From the NCBI RefSeq assembly GCF_009914755.1, contig NC_060939.1: a DNA stretch of 64,000 nucleotides, one strand, 5' to 3'. Shown here one piece after another: positions 19,093-36,566 of this stretch. The stretch comes from the human T2T-CHM13v2.0 reference genome, Homo sapiens. A program made the position numbers and the translations under genes. The notes under the pieces are model-generated. The model was not told the DNA's origin. It saw nothing but the letters and a program-made list of their open reading frames with translations, and ran no database searches. How positions within the stretch are numbered: the first letter of the stretch is position 1; each line of letters starts with the position of its first letter.

Positions 19093-19213
19093 AACAGTGT
19101 CCGGGACATCACGGGTGCCCTGTTCAAGCACAGCAAGAAGGGGCCTAGAGCCAGCGGCAACCTCATCCCACAGGAGAAGATTGTCAACCTTGTCAATGAC
19201 ATCTTTGGAGCAG
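19093..19213 (+). CDS. CYP1A2: CYP1A2 exon 3 ([11 protein letters not shown]...NDIFGAG)
   Basis: Acceptor ctcag|AAC, donor CAG|GTAGGA; 121 nt; start of the I-helix. Confidence 0.97.
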
Positions 19214-19668
19214 GTAGGAACCAGAACCTTGCCCCTCCATCCAACAATGCCTGCTGTTCACCCACAGCCTTGCCCAGCCCCTCAGTCCATGAAATAACCC
19301 ACCAACCCTACACCAGATGGTACAACATACTGAGATCTGGCTTGGGATCAGGGTTTGAGCCTGGGCTATGCCACCAATTCCCAGTGGAGAAACAGCAAAG
19401 TCCTTCTCCTCCCCTAGGCTTCAGTTTCCCCATCTGAACAATAAGGTGTTCTCTGGCCTGTAAGTCTAGGCCCCTATAATTCCAGCAGCTAATTCTGAAA
19501 CCTGTATCTCAAGTTTATGTTGAAGAGACCCAGCCTCTGTCTTCAGGAAACTCACAGGCTAGGGCCAGAGAAAGCTAATGCTGGATACATACATAGCAGA
19601 TACTTGGGAAATGATGGTTTCCTTGTTTCTGTCTTCCTTCTTTCCTCACCTTACACTACACGGTTCAG

Positions 19669-19758
19669 GATTTGACACAGTCACCACAGCCATCTCCTGG
19701 AGCCTCATGTACCTTGTGACCAAGCCTGAGATACAGAGGAAGATCCAGAAGGAGCTGG
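19669..19758 (+). CDS. CYP1A2: CYP1A2 exon 4 ([11 protein letters not shown]...IQKEL)
   Basis: Acceptor ttcag|GA, donor CTGG|GTACAT; 90 nt; completes the I-helix AGFDT motif. Confidence 0.97.
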
Positions 19759-20027
19759 GTACATGGGGGCCCCCAACCCTATAGCCAGGAGAAGCCTTGA
19801 AACCCAGGTTGTTTGTTCAGTCTACAAACACCTGTTATGTGCCTGCTGTGTGCAAGCCCTGGGCACACAGTAGTGCCTGCCCTTGCCTAGAAGATGTGGG
19901 AGGTTAGTGGGGTCGCAGACTTGTGAATAGACAGTCTTACATAAGAGTGACATGGGGTATAAGAGGGGATAATTCATGGGGCAGTTAGGGCAGCCCCTGA
20001 GCTCTGCTTGTCCTCTGTGTTCTACAG

Positions 20028-20151
20028 ACACTGTGATTGGCAGGGAGCGGCGGCCCCGGCTCTCTGACAGACCCCAGCTGCCCTACTTGGAGGCCTTCAT
20101 CCTGGAGACCTTCCGACACTCCTCCTTCTTGCCCTTCACCATCCCCCACAG
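20028..20151 (+). CDS. CYP1A2: CYP1A2 exon 5 ([10 protein letters not shown]...[16 protein letters not shown])
   Basis: Acceptor tacag|AC, donor CAG|GTGAGG; 124 nt; contains the K-helix ExxR motif (ETFR). Not shown in the correct frame by the ORF track. Confidence 0.97.
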
Positions 20152-21089
20152 GTGAGGCCTGCCGGTTCTGCCCTCCCACCTCTAAAGTGCTTGCCATGTT
20201 TTCTCTTCCTGGCTTCTCAGCCCTGGCCCTGGCTCAGCATCTCCTTCCCGACCTCGTTCCCCACAGATCCCGGCCTCAGTCTGCCCCCATCCAGTCCAAA
20301 CATAATCTAACCCCCAGCTCTCAGGAGAAAGTTCCACTTGTGATCTCAGCGCTCATTCCCCTCTGTTCATATTCCCTCCCTCCCAGTGCCCTCTGTGCCA
20401 GTCAGGTCGGCCTCACCCTCACAAGCATGACCCTATTGGCCTCCAATCTTGCTAACGCTGAACCTTCTGCCTGGAATACCTTCTAGCCTCTTCTCTGACC
20501 ACCAGAATCCTACCCTTGCTCAAAGTCAATGCCGACACGAGCTTCCTCTCCCCAGAAGCCTTTTGACTCATCCAGCTGGCACAGCTTCATTCCTGATGTC
20601 TTATAGGACTTACAGCCATCAGCCCTTGATCATGCCCTGGAATTTTAACAATGTCAAGAGAGTTAGTGAGCATTTACTTCTACCCAAACGTTGTTCTAGT
20701 TATTCCTGCAGTAAGAGGCCTGAATCCCCAGCCAGGCTAGAAATTCCCCGGGGCTGCCCCAGGCTGCCTGCTGCTTTTTTTTTTTTTTTTTTTTTTTTTT
20801 CATAGAAAATAGAAAAACATTTATCTGAAATTGCCTGCTTCTTGGCTCCAGAGAACAGCCAAGTGCGCAGCCAGGCGCAAAGAGAAGTTTAGTAAATACT
20901 TGCTGAAGTTAAAGAACAGGACGCAAGGAAGAGGGAGGATGTTTCTACCTCTTCCCTGTTCCTCCCCTCCCCTCCCAGTGTAGGGATGGAGATGGCGGTG
21001 GGCAGGCTGTCTGGATGGGGTGGAGGTAGGAGCAACACATGCCCCAGCTTTCCAGCCCTGAGCCTCACAGTGCCCTCTTCCCTCCTCAG

Positions 21090-21176
21090 CACAACAAGGG
21101 ACACAACGCTGAATGGCTTCTACATCCCCAAGAAATGCTGTGTCTTCGTAAACCAGTGGCAGGTCAACCATGACCC
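21090..21176 (+). CDS. CYP1A2: CYP1A2 exon 6 ([14 protein letters not shown]...VNHDP)
   Basis: Acceptor ctcag|C, donor CC|GTGAGT; 87 nt; frame continuous with flanking exons. Confidence 0.97.
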
Positions 21177-21350
21177 GTGAGTACATACCCCTCACGAAAA
21201 AATGTGTGCAGGTTCAGCAGTCAGGAAGGCTGTTTGTCCCTGCTAGGAACTGTTTATATAATGAAAGGAGGGGACCTCAATTGCTATAGTCTGCTCTAAG
21301 TGACGATATTTACAAAAGTTTCACAAACTTTAGTGCACAGGAATCAACTA

Positions 21351-21672
<322 letters not shown>

Positions 21673-21791
21673 TTACAGGTGATGGTTCCCCCAGGATTCT
21701 ACTGTGGTATCTAAGGTGGGGTACCTCAGGCGATTCTGATGTGAATGGCTCAGAGACCTCTCTTTGGAAAGCCCCACTTTAGTGTATAGGT

Positions 21792-21915
21792 AGGGGGACC
21801 ATATATATAATTTACCATCCACACTGGGACATTTGAGTGTGAAAATGCTATCAATGTTTATGCTAGTCATCATTACTCCAAAACAATAAACATAAGCCAG
21901 GACATACTGTTGAGG
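21792..21915 (+). mobile_element. MER96-like hAT DNA transposon remnant in CYP1A2 intron 6
   Basis: GACCATATATATAATTTACCATCCACACTGGGACATTTGAGTGTGAAA resembles recalled MER96. Confidence 0.4.
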
Positions 21916-22695
21916 CCCCTTAGGAGGCATATTTTGAGTAGGATGAAGAAACGTATGTCTTTCTTTCTTCCTTTCACTTTAATTTTTAAATAGAGACAAG
22001 GTCTTCCTATGTGGTCCAGGCTGGTTTTGAACTCCTGGGTTCAAGGGATCTTCCTGCCTCAGCCTCCCAAAGTGCTAGGGTTACGGGTGTAAGCCACCAA
22101 ACCCAGCCTGTTTTTCTTCTTTTAATTTCTTTTAGATAAAGCATTATTTAAAGTAAATTAATATTAAAAGGCACTATCTTTAAGGCTGGTCATTTTAGAG
22201 AGAGCTTTGTAAAAGAAATAAGCATCAGGCCAGGTGTGGTGACTCATGCCTGTAACCCCAGCACTTTGGGAGTCCGAGGAAGGTGGATCGCTTGAGCTCA
22301 TGAGTCTGAGACCAGTGAAACCCCGTCTCTGCAAAAAAAAAAAAAAAAAAAAATACAAAAATTAGCCGGATATGGTGCCTGTAGTCCCAGCTACACGGGA
22401 GGCTCAGGTGGGTGGTTGGCTTGAGCTGGGGAGGCAGAGAGAGTGCAGTGAGCTGAGATCGCACCACTGTACTCCAGCCTGGGTGATAGGAGCCGGAGGG
22501 TGTCTCAAAAAAAAAAAAAGAAAGAAAAGAAAAAGAAATAAGCATCAAAGTTCAGTTTGGTTCCTTCCCACCTACCCTTCATTGCTTTCAAAGTGCCCTC
22601 ACACTTGTGTTCTCAACAGAAGTCTCCCTCCCCCAGGCACCTCCTCCCAGGGCCTCTCCAGCCCTGAGGTCCCATCTCCTCTGTTCCTCTTGCAG

Positions 22696-22993
22696 AGAGC
22701 TGTGGGAGGACCCCTCTGAGTTCCGGCCTGAGCGGTTCCTCACCGCCGATGGCACTGCCATTAACAAGCCCTTGAGTGAGAAGATGATGCTGTTTGGCAT
22801 GGGCAAGCGCCGGTGTATCGGGGAAGTCCTGGCCAAGTGGGAGATCTTCCTCTTCCTGGCCATCCTGCTACAGCAACTGGAGTTCAGCGTGCCGCCGGGC
22901 GTGAAAGTCGACCTGACCCCCATCTACGGGCTGACCATGAAGCACGCCCGCTGTGAACATGTCCAGGCGCGGCTGCGCTTCTCCATCAATTGA
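22696..22993 (+). CDS. CYP1A2: CYP1A2 exon 7 coding part ([14 protein letters not shown]...[10 protein letters not shown]...RFSIN*)
   Basis: Acceptor tgcag|A. Contains the PERF motif and heme-binding FxxGxRxCxG (Cys codon TGT 22814-22816). Stop TGA 22991-22993. Confidence 0.98.
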
Positions 22994-24505
<1,512 letters not shown>

Positions 24506-24874
24506 GAGTGGTCTTTTGTGACTGGCTTCTTTCACTTAGCACAATGTTTTCAAGGCTTATGTGTGTTGTGGTGTGCGTCAGTAAGCTCTTGGTGCTTGAG
24601 TCCTGAGACTGGGTCTAGGTCTGTGCTCTCTTAAGTCGTTGATAGGCACCTCCTTCACTCCTCTCCTCTCCTTTCATGTTGTTTGACCCAAGTTTTTTAA
24701 CAATTGAAGGGAACAAGGAGAAAGGGATCCAGTCTCAGGGGCCAAACCCAGTTGGGTGGATGGGGATCCCTCCTGTCCCATTCTCAAAAGGCAGAACACG
24801 TGACTTCTCACAAGGCCTTGATTTCTTCATTCACAGCCCGGGAGGGGATAAGCTTCCCAGAAGTGCTTAGGTTA

Positions 24875-25090
<216 letters not shown>

Positions 25091-25555
25091 TCAGGAGACT
25101 GTAATCTCAGCTGATCAGGAGGCTGTAATCCCAGCTACTCAGGAGGCTGAGGCATGAGAATCACTTGAACTCAGGAGGCAGGGGTTGCAGTGAGCTGAGA
25201 CCCTGCTGTTGCACTCCAGCCTGGGCTACAGAGTGAGACTCTGTCTCAAAAAAAAAAAAAAAATTGAAAAGACAACCCACAGAATGAGAGAAAATATTTG
25301 CAAAACATATAGCTGTTGAAGCATTTATATATAGAATATATAAAGAACTCCTGGCCGGGCACGATGCCTCACCCCTGTAATTCCAGCACTTCGGGAGGCC
25401 AAGGCAGGTGGATCATCTGAGGTCAGGAGTTTGAGACCAGCCTGGCCAACATGGTGAAATCCTGTCTCTACTAAAAATACAAAAATTAGCCAGGCATGGT
25501 GGCGGGCAACTGTAATCCCAGCTACTCAGGAGGCTGAGGCTGGAAAATCGCTTGA

Positions 25556-26223
<668 letters not shown>

Positions 26224-26326
26224 TCAGGAGTTCAAGACCAGCTTGGCCAATATGGTGAAACCCCATCTCTACTAAAAATACAAAAAATTAGCCAGGCGTG
26301 GTGGCAGGCACCTGTAATCCCAGCTA

Positions 26327-26693
<367 letters not shown>

Positions 26694-27585
26694 CTAAGAA
26701 TCAGCAGGGCCCAGCTCCCTGAGGTAATTTCAGGACCGATCTGAGGTGGCTCGATGGTCACCATACAGCCACTGCCCCATCTGGCTCACTGTGGTCTGGA
26801 GATGGCTTGAGCTTCTCATGCACACCTGGCCAATCTTTAACTGGTTGGCCTAGAGCTCCCCTCTGGCCAGAGCCAAGGTAGGAGGAATTGGAGACTTCGC
26901 CCCGCTGCTTGCCATTCCTGCCTCCCACAGCAGGTACGAGGCAGGTGGGACCAGCCTGTTCTATCTTTTCCTGGTAGGCCCTGGACACGCATCATCTCAG
27001 GCTATTCTCACAACAACCACAGGAGATGGGTACTGTTATACCAACTTTAGAGATGAGAAGCCTGAGGCTCAGGAAGCATGAGGAGGGCATGTGTGGTGGA
27101 GAGATTCAGGACTGCACCATTTGCCCTATACCACCTCCAGGGTCTCTTCCCTACCTGTGTCTCTCCCTGAGTCAGGATTGTGGGACTGGAACAGGAAGCT
27201 TGGAAACACTACATGATCAAGGAACGGCATGGAGAGTTAGAAAGAGCTCTTGGCCAGAGGGCTAGGAGTCCTGCACTCAGGTTCCAAGTGTGGGTGACCT
27301 TGGGCCAGTCCCACCCCTCACAGGCCTCGACCCCATCTTCAGCCTTCTGTGAGGTCTTCTCCAGCACCATTAGCCTGAAGTTCAGGCCACTAGCAATGAC
27401 CCCTGCTCTGCCAGCCTCTTGCTTAATAAGGCTGTGGGCAAATCCAGTGAGTGCCTGGCAAATTTCGAAGTGCAGTGTACCCGGTGAGGGGTGATTTTTG
27501 GCAAAGATGGTGGAATGAAAGATGGTAGAATGGTGGGAAAAACCTTGAGCTGGGAATCCCACCTCTGCCTGGTAGGGAAAATTAA

Positions 27586-28138
<553 letters not shown>

Positions 28139-28743
28139 TGAGCCACCGCGCCCAGCCTAGTTTCAGCTTCTTGAGAGAGGGGTTTGATTGGCTCAGCTCA
28201 TCTTTTTCAGCCAGGCTACACAGGTCAGAGACCACAGTCAGTCAGTGGTTGGGTCCCCTTGGAGCAATGTTTACCCTGGTAAATAGCCACAGGCAACAGA
28301 GTGAGGGTCACAGGGTCTAAGCTACCTCAGCAAGGGACTCCTGCACACAAGTCCTGGAAGAAACAATGGCACAGCGGAAAGCTAGCAGAACACACAAAAG
28401 CCTCCATTTGTCACTTTTCTGCTCTGCCCACCTCTCCTCACACCCACACTACAAAGAAAATCATCTTTGCTCTCATCCTTTCCCGTGACTCCCAGGTTGA
28501 GGCCTCCTAACAACAAATTAGAAATAGCTTTAACACACACCCCATTGCAAACCAGCTTACGCTGCTCTAACTAAGGTTGGAACACTGGGTCAGGTGGTCT
28601 TGCCTGGCTCTTTTTTCCCTAAGGGTGACCTCCCTCCCAGGATTCCACTCAGTCCCTATGCAAATGAACTCAGTCACTGGGGTCTCCCTCACCCAGATCT
28701 GCCCAGATAAATCTCAGCCTCTCTCTCTCTTTTTTTTTTTTAG

Positions 28744-29064
<321 letters not shown>

Positions 29065-29203
29065 TAGTAGAGACGGGATTTCACCGTGTTAGCCAGGATG
29101 GTCTCGATCTCCTGACCTCGTGATCCGCCTGCCTCGGCCTCCCAAAGTGCTGGGATTACAGGCGTGAGCCACCGTGCCCGGCCAATTTTTGTATTTTTAT
29201 TAG

Positions 29204-29380
<177 letters not shown>

Positions 29381-30167
29381 TGAGGAGGGTGCAGACTCTC
29401 TGAAAGAATGGTAGTGAGTATACCATCTGGGTGGGGGAACCAAGCAGAGGCTGACTAGACCAGGGTTTATGCAGTTCAGCGTCAGTCCATGAGCTTGCCC
29501 TATATCTTATCCCTATCACTGGCTCCTGTCCCTGAGAGGGGACTGCCACCAGAGGTAGCCATACCCTGAGCCAAGCTCCCCATTCTTTAGTGATCCCCCT
29601 CAAAATTAGTTCTGAGACCCTGCATTCTGTCCACCCCTCTGCCATGACATAACACCAGGTTCACTAGAGTCCTCTGGAGTACAGCTGCGATGGAGCCTCT
29701 CAGGCAGTGCAATGGGGCGGAGGGGGGCACTTTTGGGCAAGGAGCCTGCCCGATGCCCATCACCCTGCACTAATAAGGGAAGCAGACTCTGCTCTGCATT
29801 GAGGGACCTGCACTCTCCCTGTGGGCCCTGCAGCCCAGCGGGTTTTTCTGGGTTTAAGATAACATAGTGGCATAGGTGATACTCAATAGGTTCCCCCAGG
29901 CCTTCACCTCTGTATTTACCCCTCCACCCCAGGCCAGTATTAAGATAATTACAGGGCTTGGGAAAGGGAAAAGAGATGAGACCAGAGGCTGGCTCACAGA
30001 TCCAGAAGAAAATCCCAGCTCACCCACTAACCTTGGGCCTGTGACATAAACTTTCTGAGTCTAGACTTTCTCATCTCGCAACTGGGGATGATAATCTTAT
30101 CTTACAGGTTGGGTGGGAGGTTTAATGAGATAATGTGTGTAAAGTGCCAAATTACAGGTCAGGGTAC

Positions 30168-30168
<1 letters not shown>

Positions 30169-30218
<50 letters not shown>
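30169..30218. repeat. (AC)25 microsatellite
   Basis: Directly visible. Confidence 0.97.
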
Positions 30219-30219
<1 letters not shown>

Positions 30220-30265
30220 AGAAATCCTGAGAAAGGTGGACTCAGGGCAAGATGGACCCCCGACA

Positions 30266-31645
30266 CACGTGTGGCATGTGCAGCTGTGCACACACCAGGC
30301 CCACACGTGAGCCAGCATTTCCCCAAACCCTGCGCTCTCTCACTGGGGTCTTGCCAGGGCCTGGGCTCAGCCCACTTCCTTCCACTGCTCCCCCCACCCA
30401 GAAGCTGGGGAGGGCTGGGGGTGGTAGCGTGCCAGGCAACAATGGGCCCCCAACCCCTTCCCGCCCATTGCGTGAGAAGGAGCTGCCGGAAGGAAACTCA
30501 CCTCCCAGTGGGACAGGCCGCCGCCCCCCTGACGTCTGCCCCAGGGAAGTCTGGAGACCCCCATGCTGCTCAAGGGGCGGGCCTCTGTGCACTCCAGGCC
30601 TGCCACCCTTGGGACATCCTGTTTTCACCACCTGGACTGGCTTCCCCCGCCCCCTCTTTCAGAGAAGATGGTCCCAGACCCTCTCTCTGGGGCTGGGCTG
30701 GGTTCCCCACAAGAGTCTAGGGCCCTGTTCTCATTCATCTCTGTGTCCCCCGTGTGTAGCCTGTTCCGGAGTCGTCTCGAGGAATGCTGGCCAACTGCAT
30801 GAGAGGCTGAGGGAAAGGAGCCAGACTAGGGGTGATCAGGGACCCAGCAGCTGAGCCAGAAAACATGAGAGAGAGAAGGGCCCAGCTCAGAGTGGCCAAA
30901 ACGCCTGTGCTGCAGATAGGGGTGTGGTCCCAGAAATGCCTCTGGAGAGCACAGGGCATGCTGTTGAGGGCTGGGGGATGCTCTCCCCCCAAATTTTTGG
31001 AACACTCAGCTCAGTTTCATTTGTGTAGTGACACTTCCCTTACAGGCCCGCATTCCTCTCTCTCTCTCATACACAATCACACTCATTCCAGGGGTCTCAG
31101 CAGCTCCACCATCAGATGGGGGCTCTTAAAGGCAGGGGTCAGGGAGGAGGCCAGGAGCAGATGAGGAGCTGTTCTTGCACCGTGCCTATCCACACTTAGC
31201 AGGATAGCTCAGAGGGTCCCCACCAGGCTGGCTGCTGACCAGAAACTCTGGACATCAATTTCCCCAGCTAGAAAATATGAAGAGTTGGGGGGCCTGGCTG
31301 AAACTGACCCTGCCCTGGGCCTTGCTGACCTGGGGTGGCCCAGCTGAAAGTGCCAGTGGGCCGGCAGGGGCTGGGAGCAGGCGTGGGCACGCATTTTGAA
31401 CCCTAGTCTCGGGTGTGTCGATAAGGCAACAACAGACGTGAGTGCCAGCTCTCAGCGGGTGCATGCGCATGGGCAGATGTGGCCTGGAGTGGTCAGGTGG
31501 ATGCCTGTGCGTGAGTTCTCCAGGTGTCAGTTCAGGTGGCTCAGCACGCCAGCCAGGTATGTGCGTGTTTGTAGCCAGGCATGTGTTTACAGGTGTGCCT
31601 CTATCTCCTGTGCCCTCAGGGCCAAGGGAGCCGCTGGCTCGCGTG
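30266..31645. promoter_or_regulatory. Cluster of AhR/ARNT response elements 3' of CYP1A2 (candidate dioxin-responsive enhancer)
   Basis: TAGCGTG 30425, TTGCGTGAGAAG 30468, GGCGTG 31380, CACGCA 31388, TGCGTG 31508, CACGCCA 31545, TGCGTG 31562, TCGCGTG 31639; CACGTG E-boxes at 30266 and 30304. All lie in non-Alu sequence. Confidence 0.65.
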
Positions 31646-32970
31646 TCTGAGAGTCCTTCTTGCCGTGAGAATCATGGAATCTCAAAGTCCCCAGATTAGT
31701 GCTTCCTCCAAGGTGGGGGCTGGAGTGGGGTGGCTGGCTGGGTAATCAGGCAGGTTTGGGAAGCATGCTTCTGCTCCTGCTGGCGGGCCATGGTTACATC
31801 TGAGGGCTGGGAGACCTGGACTGGTAACTCTACCTCCTTGGACAGCAGTAGTGGGGGGCGGGAAGCTGAGGCCCTGCCCAGAGTTTTGGGGGTCCACAGT
31901 GATAAAACAAGTAGCTGAGCACAGTTGGGCAAATTTCAGCAACCATCGCACACCAGACAGGCTGCGCTCTGGGTCAGTGCCTCCACCACAAACTCGGCTC
32001 ACTGCAAGCTCTGCCTCCCAGGTTCACGCCATTCTCCTGCCTCAGCCTCCCGAGTAGCTGGGACTACAGGCGCCCGCCACCACGCCCGGCTAATATTTTT
32101 GTATTTTTAGTAGAGATGGGGTTTCACCGCGTTAGCCAGGATGGTCTCGATCTCCTGACCTCGTGTTCTGCCCGCCTTGGCCTCCCAAAGTGCTGGGATT
32201 ACAGGCGTGAGCCACCGCACCTGGCAATTTTTTGTATTTTTTAGTAGAGACGGGGTTTCACCGTGTTTGCCAGGATGGTCTTGATCTCCTGACCTGGTGA
32301 TCCGCCCGCCTTGGCCTCCCAAAGTGCTGGGATTACAGGTGTGAGCCACCACACCTGGCAAGGAATTGATTTTTTTAAAGTAGTATGAGAGTGGAGAAAG
32401 CCTTTCTAAGTTTGACACAGGTCCAGAAGCGGCAAAAGAAAAGACTGATTCCACTGCATAAAAATCAATCATTTCTGCATTCCAAAGAATCATAACCAAG
32501 TTGGAAGACACACAAGGAACATAAGCCGGTTGGCTTCCAGTTCTCCCCTTCAGTCCCCCTCCATCCCGTGCTCTGTGAGGGGAAGCTGACCTGTGGGGCT
32601 TCTATCCACAGACTCCCTGGCCCTCTGGCTCCTAGACGGGTTCATAGAATGGAGGCTCTCACAGGAGATGGGGATGTGTCCTCTGAGGCAATCCTCTCCA
32701 TGCAGCTCTTTCCCCCAGTAGCATTCTTCAGGCACTACCCTCTCAGGGCCCCCACCGTTCCCTGCCTAACCCCTTGTAATAATCTCTGTATTAATCCTTC
32801 CTCGAATTAAACTGTTTCCTGCTGGGGACCCTGAATGATGCACAGATTAAAGGTTAATTTCTTTAATATATAGAGTTCCTATTAAAAAAAAAAAATCCAG
32901 GCCGGGCGCAGTGGCTCATGCCTGTAATCCCAGCACTTTGGGAGGCCAAGGCGGGCGGATCACGAGGTCA

Positions 32971-33611
<641 letters not shown>

Positions 33612-33759
33612 TGAACTATAACTTAAAACTACAAATATAATTTTTTACCAATTACATTGGGAAAGATGTATGGTGTTAGCAAGGGTGCTGAAAAGTTGGC
33701 ATTCATATTTATCATTGGTGGAAGTGAATTTTAGTTGAAAAGTAAAGCTTTAAACATTA

Positions 33760-34028
33760 TGCTAAGTGAAATAAGCCAGTTACAAAAACACAAATACCGT
33801 ATGGTTCCACTTTTGTGAAATACCTAGAATAGTCAAAACCCTACAGATAGACAGAACAGTGGTTGCCTGGGGCTGGGGAGAAGGGGGAATGGGGAGTTAG
33901 TGTTTAATGGGTAGGGTTTCAGGTTTACAAGATGGAAAGGGCTCTGGAGATGGACAGTGGTGATGGCTGCACAACATTATGAGTGCATTTAATACCACTA
34001 AACTGTGTACTTAAAAATGGTTAAGATG
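33760..34028 (+). mobile_element. L1MB-like 3' end fragment
   Basis: ATTATGCTAAGTGAAATAAGCCAG...GGGGAGTTAGTGTTTAATGGGT...ACTTAAAAATGGTTAAGATGG. Confidence 0.7.
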
Positions 34029-34103
34029 GAGGCTGGGCACGTTGGCTCACTTCTGTAATTCCAGCACTTTGGGAGTCTGAGGTGGGTGGATCACTTCAGG
34101 TCA

Positions 34104-34361
<258 letters not shown>

Positions 34362-34740
34362 TCAGCACTTTGGGGGGCTGAGGCAGGAGGATCATCTGAG
34401 GTCAAGAGTTCAAGACCAGCCTGGCCAACATGGTGAAACTCTGTCTCTATTAAAACTACAAAAATTAGCTGGGCATTGGGAGGCAGAGGTTGCAGTAAGC
34501 CCAGATCATGCCACTGCGCTCCAGCCTGGGCAACAGAGCGAGACTCCATCTCAAAAAAAAAAAAAATAGCCAGGTATGCCGGGCGCGGTGGCTCACGCCT
34601 GTAATCCCAGCACTTTGGGAGGCTGAGGCGGGTGGATCACCTGAGGTCAGGAGTTCGAGACCAGCCTCAACATGGAGAAACCCCGTCTCTACTAAAAGCA
34701 CAAAATTAGCCAGACATAGTGGTGAATGCCTGTAATCTCA

Positions 34741-34896
<156 letters not shown>

Positions 34897-34943
34897 TCAC
34901 GCCTGTAATCCCAGCACTTTGGGAGGCTGAGGCGGGCGGATCA

Positions 34944-35279
<336 letters not shown>

Positions 35280-36490
35280 TTATCACCCCTCTTAGGAAAG
35301 GCATAGCCTCACCTGTGAAATAACCCAAATTTAGAGATGGAGAGACAGAGGTTCAGAGAGGGAAGATGGCTTCTTCAGGAAAGCAGAAGAGCCAGAACTG
35401 AAACCTAGATCTTTTTGGCTCTATGAACTCAGAGGTATTTCAGGTATGCATTTGGGGACCTTTTGCAAGATTGTAAAGACCAGGACGGGAAGGAAAGGGC
35501 CACCCTCCGGGGGCTTTTCTTTTCCTGGGAAGAAGGTCTTCTTTCCAGGAAGGTGGTGTACGGGCAAGGCTGAAAACCCAGCCTTCATTCTGCCAGGCCA
35601 GTCCCCTCCTAGTCCCTGCTGCCCCAGGGCTGCAGAATCCTATCCTGGCTCCTGCCAGGCTCCCCTGCAGCTGGGCAAACAGGCAGTGGGTGGGACTCGG
35701 TATAATTTCCTCCTTGCCCGCCTGGGGTCTGCTAGGCTCTGGCTGAGCTCTCTGGCCTCTGCCCTGCACCCCCAACTTGGAGCCCAAAGGGGGTCATGGG
35801 TCTTTCTGCCCTGTGTCCCCAGGGATGCACCCGATGAGTTTGAGAAGGGGCTGCCTTCTCACCCAGAGAGAGGTGAGGCCATCCCCTCACCCAGAGAGGG
35901 GCTCCAGGCCCCACTCCAAGGGAGAGTCAGAACTTCCCGGTGCCTACAGGCGCACTGTGCTAAACCAGTGTGAGCATCCTGCGCTGATAATGCTACATGC
36001 ATAAGCTGCGGATGCACAGGGGCTCAGACTCAGGGGACTGTGGGGAGTCCTGGCAGCCACATATACATCGGGCTCACCCCTGTAGCACCCCATCTAGAAA
36101 AGCCCATCCAGAGCCAGAAGGGGCTTCTGGGGATGGTTCCTGGAAGGGCTGGGTTCTGCTGTTCTCTGAGTGACCAATCCACCCATTCTTTCCAGAAATG
36201 GTCCTATCCCATCTCCTTCCCCTCCAGCCGCTCTCGGTTCCCTGCCCTCATCCACCCAGGATGTCACTGGGCCTGCTGCGAGTGGCTGCCCGGGGAAAAG
36301 GCCAGGAGCTCTGCAATGAGCCTGTAATCCCAGCACTTTGGGAGGCTGAAGTGGGTAGATACGCACTACACACAAGCCAGCACCAGGTTCCTCCCACCCA
36401 GGGGATGACAGAGGAGCTCCAGCTCACCACCGTGCCTCAAGTCCCCTGCTTAACTGTCCTATGTGAGCTCAGGGCCGCCCTCTGGGGGCT

Positions 36491-36496
36491 TTTCTT

Positions 36497-36531
<35 letters not shown>

Positions 36532-36566
36532 TACTTTAAGTTTTAGGGTACATGTGCACAATGTGC
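36491..36566 (-). mobile_element. Extremely 5'-truncated L1PA insertion (36 nt of L1 3' end plus (TAAA)n tail)
   Basis: Minus strand reads GCACATTGTGCACATGTACCCTAAAACTTAAAGTATA plus tail; flanked by GGGGCT direct repeats at 36485-36490 and 36567-36572. Confidence 0.8.
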
